Source: Batkoa obscura
Taxonomy: Eukaryota
Length of the DNA: 64,000 nucleotides
Assembly (NCBI GenBank): GCA_030770535.1
Contig: JASVEC010000029.1
Coordinates: forward strand, 434,001 to 498,000
Direction: 5' to 3'
Part shown: in pieces, positions 51,606 to 64,000 of the stretch
Numbering within the stretch: position 1 is the first letter of the stretch
Layout of the letters: each line of letters opens with the position of its first letter
The notes under the pieces: model-generated
Database searches by the model: none
What the model was told of the DNA's origin: nothing
What the model saw: the letters and a program-made list of their open reading frames with translations, nothing else
Made by a program: the position numbers and the translations under genes

Positions 51606-54562
51606 ATGAATTGGGACAAAAAAAAAGCAACACAAATAATACAATCAACACAAGCAAATGATCTTTTAGTCAAAAGGATGGCAGGACCAAGCAGTGCAAA
51701 AGCGGGATTAAATGTAGTTGATAAAGATGTGATTAATAAAAAGATTTATGAGATATCAAAAGTAAATTGACTTTTTAAAATCAAAATTTTTTAAAATTTA
51801 TAAATGAATGATAGGGAAGTCGTTATTTTGAGAATGAAAAAAGAAAAGAAGAAAAATTAAAGAAAAAAGTAGAGGATATGATGGAAATTTATAAAAATTT
51901 AAACTTTAATGAGTTTAATACTTACTTGCCTTTTTTAAATAAGTTGGAAGCTGAGCTGGAGAATGATAGAGATTTGTCCCAGAATATTATTCATGTTGAT
52001 ATGGATGGTATTGTTTAATGTTGAAATGTATAATACATCTAATGATTTAGCTTTCTATGCTGCCGTTGAAGAACTTGACAACCCAAAACTAAGAGGTGTT
52101 CCTACCGCTGTTGGTGTAGGTTTATGCTTTAATAAGTTAAGAGTAAAGTTAATAGTAAAAAAAATAGGGAGTTAGTATGTTATGTACAGCAAATTGTAAT
52201 TTCAAATAATTTTTTATGTTAACATGTTAAAGTAAAATTTAGATGAAGCAAGGTATATTGATTAATGTAAAATGAATCAAAAAAATAATAGTTTCAACAA
52301 AAGGAAATATGGTGTAAGGTCAGCTATGCCTGGATTTATTGCAAAGGTAAACTATTTGACTTAATAGTTATTCAGTTAATTTTTTAGGAATTATGCCCAA
52401 GTATTTTATAATCTAATTATTGTTAATTAATATTAATCTTTCCTAAGAGCTGAATGTAGTTCCGTGTAGATTTGATAGATACACGTAAATATATTTTATT
52501 TTGTTTTTATTTCCTTATTTACTTTATAGTGAAATATCAAAACAAGTATGTGAAATTTTTGAAGTAAGTTTGTATTAGTGATTGGCCTGTCTTTATTAAT
52601 CATTCGGAAATCAAGGGATATGATCCTAATTACAGGTAAAATAAAGTTTGCAATAGTAAAATTAATTCATTTATCTATTAAAATAGAGCTATCAGTTTAG
52701 ATGAAGGTATTAGTTTGAGATATTAATTAATTAAATTGTGATATTCATATTCAAGCATATTTAAATATAACGAGTTATTGCAATGAAAATCAAATATCAG
52801 CGTACGATGCAGTGACTAAATTGAGAGGAGAAATATTCGAGTAAATTTATTTAACAATATCATGATTGAAACTTATAGTTTAGAAAAACAAAATTGACTG
52901 GTAATAGCAAATAGCCACCTTATTTTTAAACTAAAGTAATTATTAGCGAGCGCTGGAATAGCATGTAATAGGTAATATAATATCATATTTAACAAAGTTC
53001 AATTAATCATTGGAAAGTTTATTAGCAAAAGTAAGATAGAGCATAAAGTTCTTATTATATGTTTTAATTTCAATTAGATTGCTTCCGATTATAGAAAACC
53101 AAATGGTAGCTAATTATAGTTATATAGTATGTTGTAATATAGCAAACTTCATTATATAGGTCAATTCATGCTTGAAAGTAGTAGAGAAGAAGTGATAAAG
53201 TTTATATCATCTTTACCAATTAGAAAAGTTACGGGTATGTCCTTAGCTAGTTTAACTCTTTCAATATTAAAAAACTGTTCAAGGCATTGGAAGGGTAACA
53301 GAGCGAGTTTTAAATTCACTTGGAATTGAAAAATGTCAAGACATTGTATTTTTTTTAAAAACCATTATTTTGAATACTAATGATCATCCAACAGTATGAG
53401 AATCGAGCAATAGTTTATTATCTATTCTATGAGAAAACATTTATGTTTTTGTTCAAAACTAGTTTAGGGATAGCAAATACTAATATTGAAATGTATATGG
53501 TTATATTTTGTTATATAAGAAACGTGCTGATTACTTTTTAGTTTGGAATCAAGGAAAAGTGTAGGTATATCGAGGTAAATTGATTCAAATGGTAGTACGC
53601 ATTATATTCATTAATATAACAGAACGTTTGGCGAACTGAGTAATTTAGAAGATTTACTCAATAAATTAAAGGAATTGGCCAAGTCTCTAAGTGAGGATAT
53701 CGAAAAAAAGAAAATAAAAGTAAATGCATATATAGTAACACTTGAATATTCATATTTTTTAGGGGAAAACAGTAACTTTAACAATTAAATCAGTTGATTT
53801 TGATGTTCGAGTAAAATCTAAATCTTTTCCAAGATATTTAGCTACTTGTGATGACTTGTTTGAAGCCGGGAAAAAGGTAAAACATTAGTGTATATGGCTG
53901 TTATTATTGCTTAATGTGTTTAAGCTACTTGTAAAAGAATACCCGGTTTCATTGAGGCTTCTTGGCTTGAGGCTCTCTAATTTAATATCCACAAACGAAA
54001 ATGAAAATAAGAATTCGATACTGAAAGTAAATCCCTTCATTTTATTTAGTTTTAGTTTACATTTTGTAGTATTTGAAACCACATAAAGACACCAAAGAAG
54101 AGGTTAAAAATAATCTACAAAGACAGTATACAGATTTAAATGAAATGATATTATTGGATGATGAGAATGAAGTAATTTCATTATATTATTTGCGTTTTTA
54201 ATTTAATTTAACTTGTTTAGGATGAATTTGCCTTTTTAAAAGATGGAGAGGATCTATCAGATATATCAAATGATATTGATAATGTAAATGAAATAGCAGG
54301 TGATTCAATGCCAGATGATTTTGTGTGTCCAATATGTCAGAATAGTTTCAATAATATATTTACAAACCTTGTACAAATTAATGATCATATCGATATATGT
54401 TTAAAGCAACCCAAGTCTAAAGAGAATAGAGCTTCTGAAAAAAAGAAACCCAAAACTAAAGAAAATGAGCCTTCTAGAAAGAGAAAATCTAAAACTAACA
54501 ATTCCAATAATTCTAATAACTCTCAACAAGCTATTTTGAAATATTTTGCTAGAAGAAATTAA
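51606..54562 (+). CDS. POLK: DNA polymerase kappa (DinB, Y-family) with C-terminal UBZ and PIP-like box; about 25 exons
   Basis: Spliced translation: AGPSSAKAGL, HVDMD-AFYAAVEE, CTAN-YEAR-KYGVRSAMPGFIAK, SLDE-AYL, T-ASAGIACN, IASDYRKPN-GQF, RKSVGISR-TF, LRLLGLRLSNL, CPIC..HIDICL, QQAILKYF. Confidence 0.9.
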
Positions 54563-54705
54563 AATGACTATTTTTTACTTATTGCCTACCATTATTTTAT
54601 AATGTTTGTTTAATTTTAGAATTAAAAATTTACGTCAGATTTTGTATTTAATATTTTTATTAATTTTTATTTAATATATGTTCTAAAATAATAACTTGAT
54701 CGATC

Positions 54706-57308
54706 CTAATTTATAAACTTATTACAGACTAGCTGATAAATTTCCTTAGTTAAAGGAGAAGGATCCAACTCTAACGCATCTTTAGCTTCATCAACGGAAG
54801 TTTTTCCATTGCGGTCTTTGATATCTCCATGTATACCTGGGAAGCTTAACAATGTCTCAACCGTGCTTAATTTTTGGTTACAAATAGCCTTAAAAAATAA
54901 ACAATAGGCTAGAAAAATAACAATTGATTACCATATGTAAAGCTGTACGTAAATCTGAATTATAGCAATTGACATCAAGGCCAGCTTCTAAAAAGTAACC
55001 TGCTTTGGTCGAAAGACCCTTAGACGCCGCACTAAAATTAATTTGAATATGCAAAATTAAAATAAAGAATAAAGATACTCAATAAAATAGGCCTTGGATT
55101 TACGTAACTCAGCACTATTAAAATGGGCTCCATCATTAAGCAATAGCTGGATAATGTTTGAATGTCCTTGATAAGCAGCATAATACAAAGGAGTGTGCCC
55201 AGATCGATCTAATAGATGTAAAGCAGCACCATTTAGTAGTAAAAATTTAGCAATATCATAGTGTCCTAGAGAACTTGCGATATGCTAAAATAATAAGCAA
55301 TAAATCGATAGTCAAACAACTACTTAAATAACTTACTATTGGAGTTCTTCCCTCATAGTCGACACAGTTAACATTAAAACTATTAGGTCTTGACTTTAAT
55401 AAATATTTTAAGCATTCTATATCGTTGACACCAACCGCATTACAAAGTAATACTGGGAATATCGTTTTTTCAAACTTGTTCCCTGGAGCTATGACTTTAA
55501 CTTTTTCATTACTATCGACTGTATCATTGAGCTGAAGCTCTGATAATTTCTTTGCAATAAATGTTAGGTCAGAGCCACATTCCAAGCTATCGTCCTTTTC
55601 ATCAAGAATTTCCAAATTATCAATAAACAACTCCCCAGTTAGTTCTCCTCTTAAGTTTTTTCTCATCAGCTCTCTTACTTTATTCGCACTTAAATCTTTT
55701 GCAAGCAAATAACTTAATTTAGTTAATGCGCACTATAAGTTAATTGTAAATAAACTTTATTAAATAAAATATTTAATACCTCTGGTGTCATATCTATCCC
55801 AGGCACAACTCCAGCATCTTTTAACCCTTTAGCTGTAGCATAAAGGTCAGCAACTGAGCCTTTTCTACCTATTAATTATGAGAAAACATTCCTCTATAAA
55901 AAAATACTTACATTGAGTACAATTCACAATAACGGTACCACGAGCGCTAGCTTCTTTTAACGCATTCAATATGTCAGCTCTATTAGGCGCATTCCCAGCC
56001 CCGAAAGTTTCTAAGACAACTCCTTGGATCGATTGTGATAGAAACGCTTTCACTGTTGCTTCCGTGATACCAGGGAACAAACGTAAAGCAGCTACATTTG
56101 GATTCATGGCTTTATGCACCTTAAACCTACCAATTGCTTTTGGTTTTAAAACTTGGTTCCAGTTGACCTCTATCAAATATTAATAGACTAAATCGAATTC
56201 AAAAAGGTCCATATATCTTACCAATATTAACCCCAATGTGTACCAAAGGTCTTAAATTTGGGGAGTCAAAAGCTTCAAAATCAATTGCACTTACTTTGGA
56301 GCATCGATTGCCTCTAAACAATTTATTGCCAAAATATAAACAAACTTCTGGGATAACAAAGTGACCAGCTACAGTCAAGGCTCCCAATAAATTTTCAATA
56401 GCATCATTACGCACCTCTGATATTGGTACTTGGGATCCTGTGATTATTACTGTTTTTCTAAAGTTGTGTAAGTAAAAGTGCTGGTCTTAATTGGTGAAAT
56501 AAATACCCCAAGTCTTCGAGCATAAAACTCAATGCCGAAGCTGTATAGGCCATGGTATCGGTGCCTATTTAATATATTTTTAGCCCGCAAATTTTATACA
56601 TATATATATATATTACCATGTAGTACTATAAAAGCATCGTATTTCTTATAGTTGACTTCAATATCTGTTGCTATCTTAATCCAATCTTCAGAAAGAGATA
56701 AATAGTTAATAGGGATATAATTAAAAATCTACCTGCCATAGTCATATTACATGAGTCCAATAGTGGATCATATTCTTTGATAGCGTATCTAATCCTCTTA
56801 CCATAAAGGGATTTTGGGGTCAATAGCCACCGAAGTTTGTTTTTTGGGGTTAAGAGTGAAGCACCTTTATTTTCTGAGGAGGTAGGTGACATTGGGCTAG
56901 ATAAAGAGGCAAGATTAACAAAGGAATTTACCCTTGAGCTGTTCACTGAATTGTTATTGCTAGAGTTAAACAAACCTTCTGCATCATGAAATCGTGATTG
57001 AGAAGCCAAAGTTTCGCTTAGATAGTTGGCTTTTGGCTCGTATCCGTTATCTTTGCTGTGAGTCATACCAATCGTACCTCCTGTGTAGATAACTAAGATC
57101 CTAGATACGTCTACGATGATGAGCTATTTACTATTTTTATTAAAGGGGCTGGGTTACCTGGCATCAACATATCGTCGATCTCAACCGCGTTCCTTTGGAA
57201 CTCTACCACCTGATTTTCAAAGATGGGTTCATTATGAAGGTTCGTATCTTCAAATGTGTCGCTTGGGCTGATATCATATTTTTCTAAAACTTCGGTGTAC
57301 TCAGACAT
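54706..57308 (-). CDS. Cytosolic type I L-asparaginase/lysophospholipase with C-terminal ankyrin repeats (multi-exon)
   Basis: [71 protein letters not shown]. Ankyrin motifs [15 protein letters not shown] and LRTALH. Confidence 0.92.
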
Positions 57309-57487
57309 AATATTAGTATTACTATTATAATTATTATTCTAATAAATATTAAAATAATCATTTTTTGAGTTCTAAATTAATTATAAATCATCACTATTAA
57401 GCCTAATTATCATTGGTTCCACTAAAATTTAAATGAACTCAATTTAATGCCACTTATACTTTTCAATTTTGCTTGTGGCACTTCATT

Positions 57488-59114
57488 ATGATCTCTGCCT
57501 TCTTTATCTATAACCAAAAAGGAGAGGTATTGATCTCTCGTCTGTATCGTCATGACTTAAAGTAAACATATCATCATGTTACTCAATATAACTTACCCTT
57601 CTTTAGACGCTCCATTGCTGACATCTTTAGAATCCAAGTAATCTCGAACAACCAGGTACGTGCACCATTCATCACCTTGGGCTCCACCTCCTTCTTTCAC
57701 GTGAGACACGATAATTTGTATATCGTGGCAGTAACTAAAGCTAACACAAACGCAGCGATGGTATTCGAGTTTTGTTATCGTTTTATTGCATTAGGAAGAA
57801 GTTATTTTATCAAATTTGATGAAGAAGCGGTTAAGAACAACTTTGTTTTGATCTATGAATTGTTAGACGGTACATTGCAGTAATTTATTATTTATTTTAG
57901 ATTAATGTAAGTTTGTAGAGATCCTTGATTTTGGCTACCCACAAAATACAGATGCTGACATCTTGAAGCTTTACATTACTACAGAAGGAGTGAAATCTGA
58001 AAAAGCAATGGTAAGTTTATCAGTTTTGTTTTATTTCTAATGTTAAATAGTTCTATATAGAAAGAAGACTCTTCAAAGATTACAATTCAAGCAACTGGTG
58101 CCATTTCATGGCGAAGACCTGACATCAAATACAGAAAAAATGAAGCTTTTGTTGATGTGATTGAATCCGTAAATTTATCTATGAGTACTAAAGGCACAAC
58201 CCTACGTGCGGATGTTTCTGGTCAGATTCTTATGCGTGCTTACCTATCTGGTATGCCAGAGTGTAAATTTGGACTCAATGATAAGCTTTTGTTAGATAGG
58301 GATAATACAGATCGATCTGGGTAATAATATTTACTAATTATTTTAAATCTTAAATAACAAGTTTAAAGTCCTAGACGCTCAAACGCAGTTGAGATTGATG
58401 ACTGTCAGTTCCATCAGTGCGTTAAGTTGGGCAAGTTTGATAGCGATCGAACCATCAGTTTTATACCACCCGATGGCGAGTTTGAGCTAATGAAATATCG
58501 TACCACAGAGAATATCAATTTACCATTCAGAGTTCATCCAGTGGTCAACGAGATTGGAAAGTCTCGAGTTGAGTATAAAGTATTAGTAAAAGCTAACTTT
58601 TCATCTAAGCTATATGCCAATAATGTGGTAGTTAAGATACCTACTCCACTCAATACATCGGGAAGCAGTATACGTGTTGGTGCAGGTAAGGCTAAATATG
58701 TGCCTGCTGAGAATGCAATTGTTTGGAAGTAAATTTAGTTTAGATTGTTGTAATTTTAGTTGAAATTTTTTAGAATTTCTCGTTTCCAGGGTCAAAACGA
58801 ATATTCATTTTCAGCAGAGGTAGAACTCACCGCTACCACCGTTGATAAAACTTGGTCACGTCCTCCTATCTGTATGAACTTTCAAGTAGAATTTTAGTTA
58901 TCTATTAAGGGATTTTTAATGACCTTTTTTATTTAGGTTCTTATGTTTACCTCTTCTGGCCTTTTGGTTAGATTCTTGAAGGTATTTGAAAAATCCAACT
59001 ACCAATCAGTTAAATGGGTTAGGTACCTTACCAAGGCAGGCACGTACGAAATTAAGGTAAGACGTAATTTTTTTGTTTTTACTTTAAAATATTTATTGCT
59101 TTTTTTAGTTTTAA
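57488..59114 (+). CDS. APM4: AP-2 adaptor complex mu subunit (multi-exon; last coding exon only TTT TAA)
   Basis: [87 protein letters not shown]. Confidence 0.93.
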
Positions 59115-60105
59115 ATATGGGATGATGGTTAATTTGTTCTCGTTATTATTATTTGATAATTTTTTCGGGCTTGGAAGCTTTTTTTAATAAATACTAAGTT
59201 AATGTTTTAGTTTTTGAGGGTTATAATGAATTTTAATTATGGATATAGTTTTTTACTTGATGTTCTAGTAGTCTTTTAGGATCATTTAAAGGAATAGACT
59301 AATTTTATACTATAAGGATTAAAGTAAGTTTAAATTATTTATTATCTTTAAATTTCATACTACATAAATGCTACATTAAAGTCATAGAAATCATATTTTA
59401 ATGTAAACATTATATTATCTTAAACTTTACATATCGTTAAAGTGAGAGCAAAAAACCCTAACCCTATCCCACAAGCTAGAATTTACTAAGCATTATAAGG
59501 TTGTTTTTTGACCAATCATAAACCTTTGATTCAATGACTGGCTTATCTAGTCAGCTAGAAGCTTTTACTCTGACTGACTTAAATTACCAGACTAGATTAA
59601 AGGAATTTCCTGATTTTTTCGAACTAATGAAGCTACCATCTTTTTAGAATGCTTTACTACTTTGAAAAAGTTACAGTTGGGTATAATAATTTTATTTTAT
59701 TTGGTTTTTTATAGTATTGAGGTACTTTTGAGCTAAATTCAACAAAGACTATTTTAAATGACTTTCATAATGAAAAGGACGATGATACTATTAAGCTTTT
59801 CCATCTTGAAAGGAAGATATTTGTTTGTTTGATATAATTGAGAAATCTTCGTAGGAGGGAGTGTTTTCATTTTCAATATTCTGTTCATTTTTTATAGAGC
59901 ATAAAACTTCGAAGAATATTAGAAAAACTGAAATAAAAAATTATCCCTTATTCAAAAAAACTTCATAAATCAGAACTTTGACTGCATAATTTTGATTGCA
60001 AATTTATGCTACTGGACCTTTAAAATCTTTAAAAATAGCACGTAAACTAAATGCTACAAATTGATTTAAGCCACCGAAAAAACATCATTCCTTATTTTTA
60101 TAACA

Positions 60106-62690
60106 ATGGAAAGCAGCACTAACAAAGCAACCAAAGCGAGTGCACGAGAGAAACTGAAAGCATTCTACAATCTAAACAAAGTACAGAATAATGAAATCAA
60201 CGAAAGTAACTTTGAGTATCGACCTTATTTAAATAAACTATACACCCAACAGGACTTGAAGGGATTGATTGAACGTGATGTTACATTATTAACTGATATC
60301 AGGGAGTTGAATTCAGATGGCAAGAATCTAGTGTATGAAAATTACAGTAAATTTATAAAGGCTAATGAGAGCATACGAAGTATGAGAGACAATTTAGATA
60401 ACATGTTTCAAGAATTGAGTGTGGTGTCAGAGTGTATGGATCTAATCAATAAAAATAATAACCAGATGGATGTTGGGTTAGAAGAAAGTAGGAAGGAGTT
60501 AGGAAAGTATTTGAATATCAATGATATGTTAAAAAAGTTCAAGTTTATCTTTCAACTCCCTGCAACTTTAAGTGGATATATTGATAAAGAAATGTATTTG
60601 GAAGCGATCAATTATTATTTGTATACAAAAAAGTTGGTGGACAAATACCAGAGCATGAAATTGTTTACAGAGATTGAAAAAGAAGCGAAAAGTTTAATTA
60701 AAAAAGTAGAGGATATACTAAGGTTTAAGATAAGTAATGAGAATAATAGCATACTTGAATTAAATTATTGGTATTATTTATTGATTAAATTGAAGGATGA
60801 TTACGATAGTAATGAGAAGTTGTATAATGATTTTTGCAACTTGATATTTAAAAAGTTTTCAAAGATATTGAATCAACATCATCTTTTACTAATTAAAGAG
60901 ATCAATAAGAACAATGCGTTGGTGGAATTTTCATTTCAAATGGATTGGCTTAAAGGACTTAACAATGAGTTTTTTTTACAATTGAATGAATTTATTGAAA
61001 GTTTTCATAGCTATTATTTCCAATCTGAAAAAGAGTTGAAAGCGAATAATGTTAAATCAGCCTTTTTAGAAACAATAAATAAATTATTAGATCTTGAGTA
61101 TAATAATACGGTTTTAAAGTTGATAAAGACCGATAACGTTAAATTAAATAGTAATGATTTGAACCATATTACAGCTATCTATTCTTCTATATTAACAGAT
61201 TTAGCTACGTATTCCTCATTATGTGGCAATAAGATAAGCGAAATTAATTTATTACAAAAGATAAGACTTACAATATGTGATTTTGAACAGAAATTAATTG
61301 AGAATAAATTTAATGCCATTCAACAAGAGTATATAAATAAAATAATGGATATCAATATGGAGAAAGAGTATTTAAATGATATTATTGAATTACAAAGTAA
61401 GATAGTTATGATGAAAAATTGGCTATTACAAAATATGATGGAATTATTGTCTTTTTTTAAAAGTTTTTTGGAAGTAGATATACCCTTTTGGCAATTATCG
61501 GGCACGTGGGCTTTGTTTTATAGATATTTACAAACCAAGTTGAATCAATTTTTTAAAAGTATATTAACTGAAAGTATTAAAATGAAAGATGATGAATTGA
61601 TATTGTTATTAAACAGTAAGTGGTTGTTAGACTTTTATGATAATTTTGTAGCATCAATTTATACGAATTATATTACCACTTTAATAATTGAGATTAACAT
61701 ACCCTATTCTCATCAACCTAGTCAAGAAGAAGTGATTTTAGAATGGGAACAAGAATGTGAAAATGTAATGAATTTATCAAGAGCTTATAGTAGTCAGATA
61801 CTTAATACGTATATCAAGAGTATTGGGAATAATTTGACAAAAGATATTTTAAATTTTTACCTTAGTTATCCTTTTAATCTTTGGCCAACTATCACGCAAG
61901 TCAATCCACTTTGGCTGAGCATTACACAAATGTTTGTTTCATTAACTAATCTTTCAGCTATTTTCCCAGCTAAAGATAATATTCGTTCTGGAAGCAACTC
62001 AATGGGTAAAAACATAATAGTATATATATAATAATGTAATTTATTTTATTATAAATTAGATTTAGATTATAGAATGCCATCCCGTAATTCTTTACAGTTA
62101 ATGTCGCCTACTAAAAATAAGACTTTTACCGGTTTATTTTTAAATAAGAAAAATGAGTTACAACCTGATTTATGGCTTAATAAAATTGATAAATTATTTT
62201 CTGATAAGATTGAGATTTATTCCAATACTGGGTTTACAGTGGATGATATCATGATTCAGTTGACCAAAATAACATTAAAGGTAGGGATAATTAATATAAT
62301 ATTACTATATTTATATCAATTATTATATGTTGTTCATTATATTAATATTTTGCCAGGCTACTTCTGAAGCCATTAGACTGAGTGCATTGAATCAAAATGC
62401 GTTTTATCAATTACAATTAGATTTGGAATATTTTCAAAGGAAGTTACCAGTCTTTGTAAAATTAGACAAGTAATTTACTATTTATCAAATCATATTATAT
62501 AGCTTATTTTTGTATTACAGTTCCATACAATCTTTGTTTAATGAAGTCATATCATCTGGCTTTAAACGAGCAATTATTACAGAAAGATTAGATCCTATAG
62601 TAAGTTTAGTTAATGATAGTCATAATAACGAGTACCAACTATAACTTTTAGAAAATCGATCAAATTCTTGGGCCTGAAAATCCAATTTAA
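60106..62690 (+). CDS. VPS51: GARP/EARP complex subunit Vps51 (multi-exon 3' end)
   Basis: N-terminal 'AREKLKAFYNL', 'DIRELNSDGKNLVYENYSKFIKANESIRSM', 'KFIFQLP'. C-terminal 'IDKLFSDKIEIY', 'FYQLQLDLEYF'. Confidence 0.8.
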
Positions 62691-62884
62691 AGTTTTAAAG
62701 TTATCGAATGTTATTTATTAAGTTTTAGATAAGATTAAAATTTAAGATAATAGCCATCAAAAAATTTAAAGTAATGTTTGAAATGAAATAAAAGATTTTA
62801 GTCAATATAGGTAGATTATTTTTTAAAAACAAGTTTTTAGATGTTTAAAACTAGAACCAAACCCAAAGTTAACATAAAAAAGAT

Positions 62885-62928
62885 CGACCAACAGAAGAGT
62901 TGAACCTCCAACCTTTAGATATCAAGTT
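62885..62928 (-). pseudogene. Decayed 3'-half copy of the neighbouring tRNA-Trp
   Basis: cgaccaacagaagagttgaacctccaacctttagat aligns with tgaccagcagaggagtcgaacctctaacctctagat (from 63453). Confidence 0.65.
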
Positions 62929-63121
62929 AATTTTCAATCTATTTTTATAGCTTAAAACGACAAATCTATTTCATATGAGAAGTTTAAAAGCCTGATTAAA
63001 ATTAGAAATTCCCAACTTCACTTTTTTGTCCATTTTATATATAGCGTAAAACTTGAAAAATACAAACAAATATTATACAAAAAAGCGCTCTAATAAGATT
63101 TAAAATTAAGCAAAAACAATA

Positions 63122-63212
63122 TGAGGGTGTTTTTTTTGACTTCATTACTTTTTCACTTTTTAAGCGCTATTTGAGTGGAAAGACTATTAGTAAAATTTTT
63201 AAACAAAAAAAC
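63122..63212 (+). mobile_element. MITE copy lacking an intact right TIR
   Basis: TA-TGAGGGTGTTTTTTTTTGACTTCATTAC...taagcgctatttgagtggaaag...aaacaaaaaaa. Confidence 0.75.
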
Positions 63213-63452
63213 AAGATTAAATAAGATTTGAACTAAGCTTTTAGATCAAATCATATAACAATCAATTATTAGCCACTACTTGATATATTAAATACAGGTT
63301 GTTTTTTTTCCATTGATGATTTTCAATGTTGGAAGCTAAGAGTTAATTTCTAATTTTTTTAGTAGAATTTTATAAATTTTAAATTAAAGAAAAAATTTTT
63401 AAAGCTAATATTAAAAAAGAATAAATTAAAACGACTTTGAATACAAAAGGTA

Positions 63453-63524
63453 TGACCAGCAGAGGAGTCGAACCTCTAACCTCTAGATCTGGAGTCCAAC
63501 GCGCTACCATTGCGCCAGCTAGCC
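63453..63524 (-). tRNA. tRNA-Trp (CCA), intronless, 72 nt
   Basis: GGCTAGCTGGCGCAATGGTAGCGCGTTGGACTCCAGATCTAGAGGTTAGAGGTTCGACTCCTCTGCTGGTCA folds into a cloverleaf with A and B boxes. A TTTT terminator follows downstream. Confidence 0.92.
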
Positions 63525-63655
63525 AATTTCCTTTATGGAAATCATTTTTCTTATGATTTTACTTTGTTAATTATATATATACCCTTTATTATAACATAAA
63601 AATTCTGTTACATTGACTAGTGACAAAGTAACTTTACAAATATGTAAGTGATATA

Positions 63656-63755
63656 TGAGGATGCTTTTTTGGTTTCATCACTTTTTCCATCTTTTAAGCG
63701 CTATTTCAGTAGAAAGATTGTTAGTAAAATTCTCAAACAAAAAAATACATCCCCA
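63656..63755 (+). mobile_element. MITE copy (100 bp)
   Basis: TA-TGAGGATGCTTTTTTGG...CAAAAAAATACATCCCCA-TA. Confidence 0.8.
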
Positions 63756-64000
63756 TATGCTAAATTGAATCGAAAGAAGGATTATGATGGATTGAGTATA
63801 TAAGGTTATATATCATCAATGTTTTTGACTATATGATTTTATTACTAATTCTATTATAGCTATAGTTAAAAGAGTTAGCTAGTACCATCAACTATTTTCA
63901 GTAATGTTCATACTATGATAGCCCATTAAATCTAATTTTAACTAGTTCAAGTTATTTTTTTAGCTTGATAATAATATTTTTATTAGTTATAGTAAAAATG

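Overview
Very AT-rich, intron-containing eukaryotic nuclear DNA with GT-AG introns of roughly 40-65 nt. Gene content and structure suggest an early-diverging fungus (Conidiobolus-like lineage; inference only). About 27 densely packed protein genes are present. Most are housekeeping: TTC39/Iml2-like, GDA1, RPT3, a PPR-like protein, TBCC, eIF3d, RLP24, Arb2/FAM172-like, TMEM62-like, SNM1/PSO2, SRP receptor alpha, a BSD protein, eRF1, SPT4, DCC1, METTL23-like, GSK3, F-box/LRR, ornithine decarboxylase, DNA polymerase kappa, asparaginase-ankyrin, AP-2 mu and VPS51. Accessory-type genes are an expansin-like protein, a DM9 lectin, a DUF4436 protein, a stand-alone voltage-sensor-domain protein and a degenerate Polo-like kinase. 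RLP24, SPT4 and the VSD protein are missing from the ORF track, and Pol kappa is almost entirely missing, because of their introns. Non-coding elements are one tRNA-Trp(CCA) plus a decayed partial copy, a ~100-bp TIR-bounded MITE family (5-6 copies) and two decayed LINE-ORF1-like relics. The most notable signal is the AUG-free ODC leader, which encodes a non-AUG uORF ending F/K-S/-AQPPWNL*. This matches the polyamine-sensing PPW 'uCC' of animal antizyme-inhibitor/ODC mRNAs. Exon boundaries were read by eye and are approximate.
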